64,000 nt of DNA from a virus (Duplodnaviria > Caudoviricetes), in IMG/VR virus record IMGVR_UViG_3300032246_000397, positions 186-64,185 of that record. One strand, written 5' to 3'. The position numbers and the translations under genes are program-made. Of the stretch, positions 9,367 to 19,280 are shown in pieces. Below the pieces are notes generated by a model. It did no database searches and was not told the DNA's origin. It saw only the letters and a list, made by a program, of their open reading frames with translations. Positions within the stretch are counted from its first letter, which is position 1; every line of letters begins with the position of its first letter.

Positions 9367-12093
9367 ATGGGTAAGAGCGGCGGTGGCGGTGGACAGCCAA
9401 CACAAACAACATCAACAGCATACCAAACAAGTATTCCAGAATACGCTCAGCCCTATGTTGAGACGATGCTTGGCGCTACCCAAAAACAATTGTTCAATAT
9501 GGACGATTCTGGGGGAATAACTGGCTTCAAACCATACAAAGCTTATGGTGGTACATATGACGAACAGGGTAATCAAACAAGTTATGACCCAAGCAAATCT
9601 ATAGCAGGATTTAGCCCACTACAACAACAAGCACAACAAGGCATTGCTGGTTTACAGATTCCTGGACAGTTTGGTGGGGCTACAGCTTTAACCGGTATGG
9701 CTGGTATGAATGCTATGGGTGCAGGACAGAATCTACAAAACACATTAACCAATCCTGGTGCAATGCAGCAGTACATGAACCCGTATCTTCAAAACGCGTT
9801 GCAACCTCAATTACAAGAAATGCAACGTCAATACGACATTACTGGCGCACAACAACAAGGTAAAGCTACTGCCGCTGGTGCTTTTGGTGGTAGTCGTGGC
9901 GCAATTATGGATGCTGAAAATCAACGTAATAAAAACATGGGTATGAACCAAGCAATTGGTCAGGGCTATAACCAAGCGTTCCAGAACGCCCAGCAACAAG
10001 CCGGCAACGTAGCAAATGTGGGGTTACAAGGGTATCAAATGGCTGGTCAAGCTGGAGCTAGTTTAGCTAATATTGGTGCCGGACAACTTGCTTCGCAACA
10101 AAGTATTCTTGGTGCTCAAAACCAAGCAGGCGCTCAGCAACAAGCTCAGCAACAGCAGATTATTAATCAGGCGATGCAAGACTACGCTAACCAACAACAG
10201 TACCCACTTATGCAGTTGGGTGTTATGTCTAACATGCTACGCGGACTTCCAATGCAAGCGGCTACAACTAATCAATATGTGGCAGCGCCCAATCAAGTTA
10301 CTCAAGGTATTGGCTTGGCTGGTGCAGGCGCGTCTATATATAACGCTCTTAAAGCTAAAGGTGGACAGATTAAAGAAATGGCTGCTGGCGGCATAGCGTC
10401 ATATAGCGCTGGTGACGAAGTCAAATCTGATCTTTACAGAATGCCTACAGATTCTTTACAAAGACAACTGGGCATAGCAGAAAGCGAAAGTGAAAAACGG
10501 GATATTAAAATGATCCTTGCCCAACGCAAAATGGCTGAAACAGTTCACGCTGCCAAAGGCGGAATCATGAGTTTTACTACTGGTTCTGAAGATGCAATCA
10601 AAGAAGACCCAGCTGCGGTGCGTCAAGCTTATCGTGAAGCCGCATTATTAAATTCTACAACGCAACAACCTAAACCATATAGCCCTCCTCCAGCGCCAAC
10701 TGCGGCGCCTGCCCCATCTGTAGAAGCCCCAATAGAACGCGCTGACCAAGCTGCAGTACGCCAAGCTCAAATTGACGCTGCTTTATTACAAGGTGGTAAT
10801 CAAAACATGCCTAAAAGTCTTCAGTATGTAGAAGGCGTTACTGATAGAGCACAGTTTATGAACCCAGATAGCGCCGCTGCTAAAGCAATGACGCGTAAAA
10901 ATCTTGCTGGTACTGGGTTAAGCATGGAAGAAGATATTGCCAAACAAAAGTTACAACAAGATTTAGCGGCAAGCGGCGCTAAACGCAAAGACGGCGGAAT
11001 TAAAACTTTTGCTGAGTTACCTGCAGATCAACAATCTAAATTTTTTGCGGCTTTAGAAGGTAAAAAAAGTTCTGCTTCAGCTCCAACGGCTAACCCCAAC
11101 GCAAATCTTTCTCCAATGCCGACTAACGTTAAATTGGATGACAAAGGTAGAGCCGATGTTGCTAAACAAGGTCCTGCTACTGCCCCCGTTGCAACCGCTG
11201 CTCCTGGGGGTATTGGAATTAAACCTAATACAGGTATAGCGCCAAACATTGGTGGCATTAAATTTCCAACAGCTCCAGCAGAAGAAACACCAGAGGAACT
11301 ACGAAGAGGCGCTGAACAAAGAGTAGCAGCGTTTGGTATTAATGAAGGCAATCAAAAAGCTATGTCCTCGCTTATGTCTGAACGCGCTAACGCTAAAGAC
11401 GAAGCTCGCCGTATTACTTCGTTACGCATGGCTGAGTTTTTTGGTGCTTGGGGTGCTACCCCCGGTAACACTATTGTTGCGGGTTTAAATGCGCTTAAAA
11501 ACAAAATGCCTGACTTTATTAGCGATATTAAAGAAGAAACAAAAATTCGCCGTCAAATTGATAAAGACATTGCAGAACTTGATAAGTTAGACCGCGATGA
11601 AAAGAACGGGATTAAAAAAGATTATTTTAAAGAACGTTCAGACCTTGCAAACCGAGCTATGCATAGATATGGTTACGAGTTAACTGCTTACTCTTCTGCT
11701 CAACAGACCGCTGCCTACCGTGATGTTGGTATGACAAAAGCTGCCGCAACAGGTGCTGGAGGCGCTAACAGCGGAGAAAAAAACATACAAGCGGCTGAAA
11801 GTGAACTTGATAAAATACGTACCGAAAGAGATAAGCCTGGTTCTACTTATCAAATGAACAAAATGTATGTAACAACTCGTAAATCCGATTATGAAGCTGG
11901 TAAACTTGATGCTAAACAAAAAACAACTTTTGAAGAAAAATTAAAAGCTGTTAAAGATATAGATAATAGAGAAACAGAAATTAGAAATAGAATAGCTCGT
12001 TTAAATCAAAAAGTTGCGCCTAGTGGTTCTGCGACTCCTACTAACGCTAATGTGGACTTAAATCAATTTTGGAAACAAGGGAATCCAATATAA
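9367..12093 (+). CDS. Internal virion / DNA ejection protein (Gln/Ala/Gly-rich)
   Basis: MGKSGGGG N-terminus, YMNPY, GAFGGSR motifs, coiled coils. Confidence 0.65.
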   Translation: MGKSGGGGGQPTQTTSTAYQTSIPEYAQPYVETMLGATQKQLFNMDDSGGITGFKPYKAYGGTYDEQGNQTSYDPSKSIAGFSPLQQQAQQGIAGLQIPGQFGGATALTGMAGMNAMGAGQNLQNTLTNPGAMQQYMNPYLQNALQPQLQEMQRQYDITGAQQQGKATAAGAFGGSRGAIMDAENQRNKNMGMNQAIGQGYNQAFQNAQQQAGNVANVGLQGYQMAGQAGASLANIGAGQLASQQSILGAQNQAGAQQQAQQQQIINQAMQDYANQQQYPLMQLGVMSNMLRGLPMQAATTNQYVAAPNQVTQGIGLAGAGASIYNALKAKGGQIKEMAAGGIASYSAGDEVKSDLYRMPTDSLQRQLGIAESESEKRDIKMILAQRKMAETVHAAKGGIMSFTTGSEDAIKEDPAAVRQAYREAALLNSTTQQPKPYSPPPAPTAAPAPSVEAPIERADQAAVRQAQIDAALLQGGNQNMPKSLQYVEGVTDRAQFMNPDSAAAKAMTRKNLAGTGLSMEEDIAKQKLQQDLAASGAKRKDGGIKTFAELPADQQSKFFAALEGKKSSASAPTANPNANLSPMPTNVKLDDKGRADVAKQGPATAPVATAAPGGIGIKPNTGIAPNIGGIKFPTAPAEETPEELRRGAEQRVAAFGINEGNQKAMSSLMSERANAKDEARRITSLRMAEFFGAWGATPGNTIVAGLNALKNKMPDFISDIKEETKIRRQIDKDIAELDKLDRDEKNGIKKDYFKERSDLANRAMHRYGYELTAYSSAQQTAAYRDVGMTKAAATGAGGANSGEKNIQAAESELDKIRTERDKPGSTYQMNKMYVTTRKSDYEAGKLDAKQKTTFEEKLKAVKDIDNRETEIRNRIARLNQKVAPSGSATPTNANVDLNQFWKQGNPI

Positions 12094-15000
12094 ATGGCAA
12101 ACGTTCCTTTTGACATAGAAGGCGCAAGAAGAGCTGGGGCTAGTGACGCTGAAATAAATAATTTTTTAGGTCAAAAGTTAGGCTTTGATGTAGCAGGTGC
12201 AAGGCAAGCAGGGGCATCTGACGACGTTATTCTTGAAACATTATTAAAAGGTCCCGCGACTAAACAAGCGGCGGCTGCTCCTTCAACTGGAGAGGCTGGT
12301 TTTTCCGCTAAAGATACGGCTATTGCTTTAGGACAAAGCGTTCTTGGTGCTGGCAAATCATTTACTGATGTGGCTGGGGCTAACAATCCAGTATCTCAAA
12401 CTTTGGGCGCTGCAGTAAATAAATTACAAGAACAGTACACTCCAGAACGTAAAGCGGAAATGCAACGTCGTGCGCAATTGCAAGAAGAGGCGTCTAAGTC
12501 TGGCGATATAGTAAAAGAAATTAGTACTTTTCTGGGCGGTATTACAGAAGCCCCGATCCAATCTCTTGCGCAAGGTTTAGGTTCCGTAGTACCTTATATT
12601 GGTACGGGTGTTGTAGGCGCTGTAGCTAAACTAGGTGGTCCAACACTTACAGCTATAAATACTCTAATGGGTTTTGTTCAAGGTGCCGGTTCTGTTAAAG
12701 GTTCTTTATACGACAACGTTAAACAAGAATTAGAAAAAAATGGAATGAGTTCAAGAGAAGCTGAAGCTAAAGCTTCTAAAGCTCAAGAGTATCTTGGAGC
12801 AAACTTCCTAGACATAGCTGGTGGTGCCGTGCTAGGCGGTGTAGGTGCTAGGTATGGTGTAGAAAACTTATTACAAAAAGGCGCCGCACAAAAACTTAAC
12901 GCTAATTTAATACCCCGCGTCGTAACTGCTGCCGCTGCTGAAGCTCCATTAGAAGGTTTACAAGGCGGTCAAGAACAGTTAGCTGTTAACCGAGCGTTGC
13001 AAAAAGAAGGTATAAAAGTTGGTACATTAGAAGGTGTTTTTGGTTCTGCCGCTAGAGATGCTGCACTTGGCGCGTTGACTGCTGGCGCTGTTGGTGTTCG
13101 TGGACCGGGCGGTGTTAGCAACGAACAACTGAAAAAAGATCTTTTACAAGAAGAGCTTGATAAGCAAGGTAAGGTAGAAGAAAAAGCTCCTATTGAAGAT
13201 ACTGACTATAGACTTAAAAGTGTTGTTGATGAAACAGGCGCTGCTTCGCAATTTGCAACGGACGAATTAAAACCTAATGAAACAATAGACATACTTTCTA
13301 CTGAAGAAGAGATTGCTAAACTTAAAAAAGAAAACGCAGAGCGCAAAGAAAAAATGGATGCGGGGCAAGACCATCCAAGAAGAAGGGCTAAATATGATGA
13401 AACAGAAGCCAAGATAAAAGACCTTGAAACTAAATTAGGAGGCCAAAATGTCGGAACAACTAGCACTGTCGATGAAACAGATAGAAGTAGCGTTGGAATA
13501 TCTGGACAGCAAGATACTACTGCCTCTACCACTGGAACTGCCGGCACTGAGACCGGAGGAGTGGGAGGAACTACATTACCTGCTGACTTGTCTCAAGAAG
13601 GAGAAGGAACAGAGCGTACTACATTAGATCCTTACAAATCGTTTTTTAACTGGGCATCTCAAAACGGTATTAACTTACCAGAAGATGGAGAAACTACTGA
13701 CTTCCCTGAGCTTGTAGAACAATGGGGCGCGGAAACTAATCAACCACAAGACTTAATTAATGAACTTGCTGGTGTAGAAAAAACGCCTACAGTTGAAGAA
13801 AATAAACCGCCTACTAATGAAGTAATTGATGAAGAAGCGTTGGCTGCAGACCAAGCCAAGGCCGCCGCCGCTGCAGCTGCTACAACTAAAACTAGATATT
13901 CAGCAGTGCCTTACGTTGATCCAGATACTAAAGAACCAACCACAGTAAACTTTGACGAGGCTTATGTTGAAGACGGGACTATTTATATACCGGGCACTGC
14001 AGGGTTTGATTATCCATTAGAAAACTTTAACTTAGGTGAAAGAAACTCAGAAGCTGCAGCATTAGAAAAATCATTACTAGATAAGTTTGCAGAAGAACTA
14101 CAAGTAAAACCGCCCGTAGAAGAAACCACAGCTGAAGATCAAGCAGTTGTAGAAGAAGAAGTTGCCGCTGAGTTAGCTGGTGAGGTTACACCGCTTGCAA
14201 GCCAAGCTAAGCCGCTTGCTGTAGCTCCAGAAAAAGTATTAGAACAAAAAGCTAAAACTAAAAAAGCTACGGAAGAAGCAGCAAAAGATTTAGGTAAACC
14301 AGAACAACAAGATTATCTAAACACTAATAATTATTATGGCGCTAACGCTCCTAAAGACGTTAATACTGCGTTAGTTCACGCTGGGCATGAAATTGCTTAC
14401 GATTCATATGACACCTCCGCAAGGAAAACTGGAGTTGACCCTGAAGTTAAACGGATAGCAAATCAAAAAAATATAGCGCAAAAAGCTAAACGCGCGCAGA
14501 TGACTAAAGAATTAACCGGTAAAAAAGATCCAGAAACAGGTAAAACATATACTAAAAAAAGAATAGAAAGTCTTGTATCTAACATACCTTTATATGATGC
14601 AGGTGTACCTCTTTCATTTTTAACGCCAAAAGAATTAGCTGATATTTATATTAAACACGTTGGCACAAAGCAAATTGTTAAAGAAGAACGTAAAAGCCGG
14701 CAAGAACATGCTGACCGTAGAGATAAATTTCTTGAAACTCTTGACCCATTGCAAACAGCTAAAGTTAAACTTGTAGCTAGAAGAGCGCTTGAAGAAGAAA
14801 TAGTGGCAAGAGAAAGTCGTAAACAAAAAACTACTGATGCAGATAACCGTAAAAATAGAGCGGATAAAATATCTAAAACTGCCGACGAATTGTCACAAGA
14901 AATAGCAGAAATTGAAAAAACAAAAGTAGCTAAACAAGAAGAAACTGCAAAAACCGCGGCTGAAAAAGAAGTGTCTGAGGAAAAACAATTAACTCAAGAG

Positions 15001-18000
15001 CTAAAAGAATTTAATAAAGCAGCTGAAAAGATACTACCTAAAAAAGAAACAAAGCCAGCTGAGAAAAAAGCTCCCGCTAAGTCTAAACTTATAACAGAAA
15101 TTGAAGCCGCGGTTAACGAAGACAAAACCGTTGAAGCTGTTTTAGATGCTGTTGCAGAAGATAAACGCGGTCAATTAGGCGTAATAGCTAAACAATTTAA
15201 AAATTTAATAAAAAACTTAGGGTTGCCTACGTCGGTTACTATTAGCTTTGGTGAAGTTACAGGAAGTGATGGGCAATTTAACCCTGCAGATAACACTATT
15301 ACGCTTAAAGGTGAAAATGGGGTATACACTGGTGAACGTCCGCTAAGCGAAACAGTTTTGCATGAGATATCGCATTACTTGATGGATCATGTAGTTGATA
15401 ACCCTGATGAATATATTAAATCACTACCACCAGAAAAAAGGGCAGAAGCTCGTGCAGCGCTTAATCGGTTAAACAATAACTACCGCTATGTAAATAGTAA
15501 ATTAGGTAACAAGTTTAATATTGGAACTATTAAAGAATTTATAGCTGAACTGTATTCTAACCCTAGATTTCAAGAAGCTGTAGCAAATCTTGACCAAGGT
15601 ACTTTGGGCGTTGATTACATGACCGTTAAAGAAATAAACGGTAAAGAAGAAGTAATTGGAACAAATAGAAATATACCAGGACCACTTAAATCATTTACCT
15701 CAGCAGTAAACAGATTTACTATGATTGCTCGGTCTATAGCGTCAGCGCTAGGTTTTGGCGGTAATAAAATTGGTGCTACTTTTAAAGAAGCTGTTGAAGA
15801 CGTTGCAAGACTTATATCGTTGCCAAACGCTGAATTAGGTTTAGTAGGTAAAGAAATATCGTATTCTAAAACCGCGCCGAATGCTTTAGAAAAACAATTG
15901 CGGCAAGACACGGAATTAGATGTTGATAATGCCCAGTATGACCCGCCGCCAGAACAACAACCTAAAAACCTTAAATACTTTAAAGACTTGTTTTTTACTT
16001 CTAAAGGGTTAAGGGATATTGTTCGCGCATTACAAAATAAACGTTACGAAGCAAAATACAGACAAGACCAAATGGATCTGGCTGGTGTATTAGAATACAC
16101 TGACCCTAAAAAGATTAACAATTTTTATACACAATTAACTTTGGCGTCTGGTATGGCTAAAAATAAATTTAATCAGTTTATTTTGGGGCCTTATGAGTTG
16201 TTAAATAAAAGTCTTTTTGATTTTAAAAAAGCAACTGGTTTCGATTTAAAACAATCGCTTAACTATTTGCACCAAGTGTTTGAAGCGCTGCACACTGAAG
16301 AGCGTAACATGGTTAAGTTTATTCTTAACGTGCCTCTAGATAACACAAAGAAAGTATATAGAAATAATACTATCACCGCGGCTGACCGCAGAAAAGAAAT
16401 TATAGATCTACTTAAACAAAAAACTTTAAGTAAAGACCAAGCTAAACAACTTAGATATGAGTTAGATTCATTAATATTTAAACGTGATGCAAAAGGTAAA
16501 ATTGCAGTGGACCCCGCAACAGGCAAAAAAATAATTAATAAAACTAACGTTGATCCGACTGTAGGGATGACTGCTGACCAAATTAAAAATGCAACGGCAG
16601 AATCGTTGGCTAATCAGATTGATCCTGATTATATATTGTATAACGCCACCGGTTTAAGTATTAGCGCAGCAAGAGCTAAAATACAAAAGTATGAAAAGAG
16701 TCCACATAAAGATATATTAGACGACATGATTGGTGCTATTAAAGAATTACACCAAGTTACAGTTGATCTTAATAAAGAAGGTAATTATTGGTCAGATAAA
16801 GTAAGTAATTTTGTAGACTTCTACGGGTTTGAAAATTATGTGCCGTTAAAAGGTGTATCTAAACCTAATAAAACGGACGAGCTTTTTGATTTTGATTATA
16901 TGGCTGGCGGTAAAGAACTACAAGATGTACCACACTCAATGGATGGACGTAGTAGTGTTTCTAATAATCCGTTACTACAATCAATGTCAGACGCGGTAAA
17001 AGCCGCCGGTCGTGCTGGTAGAAGAGACTTAACTTTAGCAGTTAAAAATGCATCTAAAAAAGGTAAGTATAACCCAGACGGTCAAGGGCATATAGAAGCA
17101 GAGGTGATTAAGCATTTAACTTTTGAAGAACGGACGCCTGACGCCATCAAAGCTTTGCCTACAGAGCATACTCTTTTCCATTTTAATCCTGATGGTAGTT
17201 TGGACGTTATTCAAATTATGGATCCCCGCCTTCTTAATTCTATTAGAAGCACTTACAAAGATACTTGGGTTGTTACTGAGTTAGCTAATAAAATTACTAG
17301 CGGCTTAGGTCAATTACACACTCGTTATAACTATAACTTTGCTCCATTAAACTTTGTTCGTGACGCATTAACCAACGCTTGGGCTATTGGCGCTGACATG
17401 GGCGTAGGAGAAGCGGCTAGATTTATTAAAGAAGTATCGACTAAAGTTGCGGCGCAAGGGGTTCTAGGTAAAGCTTATAGAGTAGCAAAACTATATGATT
17501 CCAAAGACCATGCGTTATTAAAACAATTAGCCAAAAAAGACCCTGTTATTAGAGACATGTATGAGTTTATAGACCGCGGTGGAATGACTGAATACATAGA
17601 AGGTATGTCTCTTAAATCTAATTTTCAACGTTTACAAAGCGAACTTCGTCGTGGCAATGTAATGCGCAACGTCGATCAATTTAATAAGTTTGTAGACGGC
17701 TGGACTAATATGTTTGAAATTGCTAGCCGTTCCGTTGCTTACGGCATTGCTAAACAAAACTACATAAAAAAAGGAAAAATGTCCGAAGAAGCTGCTTCTA
17801 TTAAAGCGGCTGAATTTGCTAAAAACTTAGCTAACTTTGAACAAGTAGGTGAGTATGGCAAAGGGATGGGCGCAATATTTATGTTCTTCCGTCCCGCTGC
17901 AACGGGCGCTGTCCGTGCTATGGAAGCTTTAATTCCAGCGTTTCCTTGGAGTCTTGACAGAGCTATTAAAAATTTACCTAAAAAAATTGCTGAAGATAAA

Positions 18001-19074
18001 AAAGCATTAGATACATTTAAAAAGAATTACGCTGAAAAACAAAAAAATGCCCGTTATATGTTTACTACATTAGCAGCAATGGGTTCGCTTTTCTATGTAA
18101 TGTCTTGGATGATGGCAGATGACGATGACCAAGGGCGCAATAAAACTTTAGTTGATGATATGAATCAATGGACTAGATTTGCTAGGTTCCATGTTCCCGG
18201 ATTCCAACAACCGTTTCAAATTCCTTGGGGCTTTGGACTTGGCGCAATTGCGGCGGCTGGCGCTCAATTAACGGCTGTTGGGTTTGGTCGTCATTCATTT
18301 GGCGATGCTATGTTTAATATAACCACTAATATTACTTTGGATTCATTTATTCCAATTCCAGTATCTCGTATGGATGTTAGGGATAACCCTGCATTGTGGG
18401 CTTTAGACTCAGCTATGCCAAGCTCTATTAGGCCTATACTTGAGTTTGTTGTTAATAAAAATGGTTTAGGGCAGCAGATATATGGTGATTCTAACCGCCG
18501 TATGGCTGACGCTTTTATGGGTGGAGATAACATACCAGAAACTTACAAAATCACTGCTAAAGCGTTGTTTAAAGCAACTGACGGGTATATTGATTGGTCG
18601 CCCAATAGTATGTATTTCCTTGCAAATAGCTACGCTGACGGTCCAGCAAGAATTATTGACTCGATGGTTTCGGCTGGGTATCTTGCCGCTGGTAATAAAG
18701 AGTTTTCACCTAAAACTGATTTACCGTTTATAGGGTCTTTTGTTGGCGCTAAATCTAATATAGATAACAAAGAATTTTCTTCCGTTGAAAGACAAATTAA
18801 AGAACTTAGTGAAAAATTAAACGGTATAAAGAAAGCTGATCCAGAAAGTTACCCAGACTTTTTAGATAAAAACCCAATGGCAGAAGCTATAGTAGCCATA
18901 TACGACAGAAATATGCCTGCATTAAATACGGCTAGAGAAGAAGCTAAAAGAATTAGGTTATCAGATTTTAGCCCTAAAGAAAAAACAGAACTATTAAAAG
19001 ACTTAACTCTTCAACAAAATCTTATTAAACGTAACATGGTAGATATATTTAAAGACTTTGATATAGAACCCTAG
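12094..19074 (+). CDS. Large polyvalent (injected) protein with zincin-like HExxH and LPD38-like C-terminus
   Basis: 2326 aa; HEISH at 15361; duplicated N-terminal FDxxGARxAGASD; C-terminal F..NF.RD...FF....G helical region. Confidence 0.7.
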   Translation: MANVPFDIEGARRAGASDAEINNFLGQKLGFDVAGARQAGASDDVILETLLKGPATKQAAAAPSTGEAGFSAKDTAIALGQSVLGAGKSFTDVAGANNPVSQTLGAAVNKLQEQYTPERKAEMQRRAQLQEEASKSGDIVKEISTFLGGITEAPIQSLAQGLGSVVPYIGTGVVGAVAKLGGPTLTAINTLMGFVQGAGSVKGSLYDNVKQELEKNGMSSREAEAKASKAQEYLGANFLDIAGGAVLGGVGARYGVENLLQKGAAQKLNANLIPRVVTAAAAEAPLEGLQGGQEQLAVNRALQKEGIKVGTLEGVFGSAARDAALGALTAGAVGVRGPGGVSNEQLKKDLLQEELDKQGKVEEKAPIEDTDYRLKSVVDETGAASQFATDELKPNETIDILSTEEEIAKLKKENAERKEKMDAGQDHPRRRAKYDETEAKIKDLETKLGGQNVGTTSTVDETDRSSVGISGQQDTTASTTGTAGTETGGVGGTTLPADLSQEGEGTERTTLDPYKSFFNWASQNGINLPEDGETTDFPELVEQWGAETNQPQDLINELAGVEKTPTVEENKPPTNEVIDEEALAADQAKAAAAAAATTKTRYSAVPYVDPDTKEPTTVNFDEAYVEDGTIYIPGTAGFDYPLENFNLGERNSEAAALEKSLLDKFAEELQVKPPVEETTAEDQAVVEEEVAAELAGEVTPLASQAKPLAVAPEKVLEQKAKTKKATEEAAKDLGKPEQQDYLNTNNYYGANAPKDVNTALVHAGHEIAYDSYDTSARKTGVDPEVKRIANQKNIAQKAKRAQMTKELTGKKDPETGKTYTKKRIESLVSNIPLYDAGVPLSFLTPKELADIYIKHVGTKQIVKEERKSRQEHADRRDKFLETLDPLQTAKVKLVARRALEEEIVARESRKQKTTDADNRKNRADKISKTADELSQEIAEIEKTKVAKQEETAKTAAEKEVSEEKQLTQELKEFNKAAEKILPKKETKPAEKKAPAKSKLITEIEAAVNEDKTVEAVLDAVAEDKRGQLGVIAKQFKNLIKNLGLPTSVTISFGEVTGSDGQFNPADNTITLKGENGVYTGERPLSETVLHEISHYLMDHVVDNPDEYIKSLPPEKRAEARAALNRLNNNYRYVNSKLGNKFNIGTIKEFIAELYSNPRFQEAVANLDQGTLGVDYMTVKEINGKEEVIGTNRNIPGPLKSFTSAVNRFTMIARSIASALGFGGNKIGATFKEAVEDVARLISLPNAELGLVGKEISYSKTAPNALEKQLRQDTELDVDNAQYDPPPEQQPKNLKYFKDLFFTSKGLRDIVRALQNKRYEAKYRQDQMDLAGVLEYTDPKKINNFYTQLTLASGMAKNKFNQFILGPYELLNKSLFDFKKATGFDLKQSLNYLHQVFEALHTEERNMVKFILNVPLDNTKKVYRNNTITAADRRKEIIDLLKQKTLSKDQAKQLRYELDSLIFKRDAKGKIAVDPATGKKIINKTNVDPTVGMTADQIKNATAESLANQIDPDYILYNATGLSISAARAKIQKYEKSPHKDILDDMIGAIKELHQVTVDLNKEGNYWSDKVSNFVDFYGFENYVPLKGVSKPNKTDELFDFDYMAGGKELQDVPHSMDGRSSVSNNPLLQSMSDAVKAAGRAGRRDLTLAVKNASKKGKYNPDGQGHIEAEVIKHLTFEERTPDAIKALPTEHTLFHFNPDGSLDVIQIMDPRLLNSIRSTYKDTWVVTELANKITSGLGQLHTRYNYNFAPLNFVRDALTNAWAIGADMGVGEAARFIKEVSTKVAAQGVLGKAYRVAKLYDSKDHALLKQLAKKDPVIRDMYEFIDRGGMTEYIEGMSLKSNFQRLQSELRRGNVMRNVDQFNKFVDGWTNMFEIASRSVAYGIAKQNYIKKGKMSEEAASIKAAEFAKNLANFEQVGEYGKGMGAIFMFFRPAATGAVRAMEALIPAFPWSLDRAIKNLPKKIAEDKKALDTFKKNYAEKQKNARYMFTTLAAMGSLFYVMSWMMADDDDQGRNKTLVDDMNQWTRFARFHVPGFQQPFQIPWGFGLGAIAAAGAQLTAVGFGRHSFGDAMFNITTNITLDSFIPIPVSRMDVRDNPALWALDSAMPSSIRPILEFVVNKNGLGQQIYGDSNRRMADAFMGGDNIPETYKITAKALFKATDGYIDWSPNSMYFLANSYADGPARIIDSMVSAGYLAAGNKEFSPKTDLPFIGSFVGAKSNIDNKEFSSVERQIKELSEKLNGIKKADPESYPDFLDKNPMAEAIVAIYDRNMPALNTAREEAKRIRLSDFSPKEKTELLKDLTLQQNLIKRNMVDIFKDFDIEP

Positions 19075-19280
19075 GCGGTACGCCAACACCGTACCCCTAG
19101 GTAGCCTTCTTTAGTTGCAACGTAAGACTTTACGCGTTTGCCAGCGCGCTTTGCCCCACAGTCTATAGAATAGATTAACTCCGCAGGGCGGAGAGTAGGG
19201 ATAAAAAAACTTTCCCCAACCTCCATGCCTTCAAACGGTAGCAGCCATTCTGGTTCAATGATCTGCGTGGGATTCAACAT
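19071..19280 (-). CDS. Small hypothetical protein (possible DNA-binding)
   Basis: PFEGMEVGESFFIP...GVRCWR motif; last gene of the - arm. Confidence 0.6.
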   Translation of the reverse strand: MLNPTQIIEPEWLLPFEGMEVGESFFIPTLRPAELIYSIDCGAKRAGKRVKSYVATKEGYLGVRCWRTA

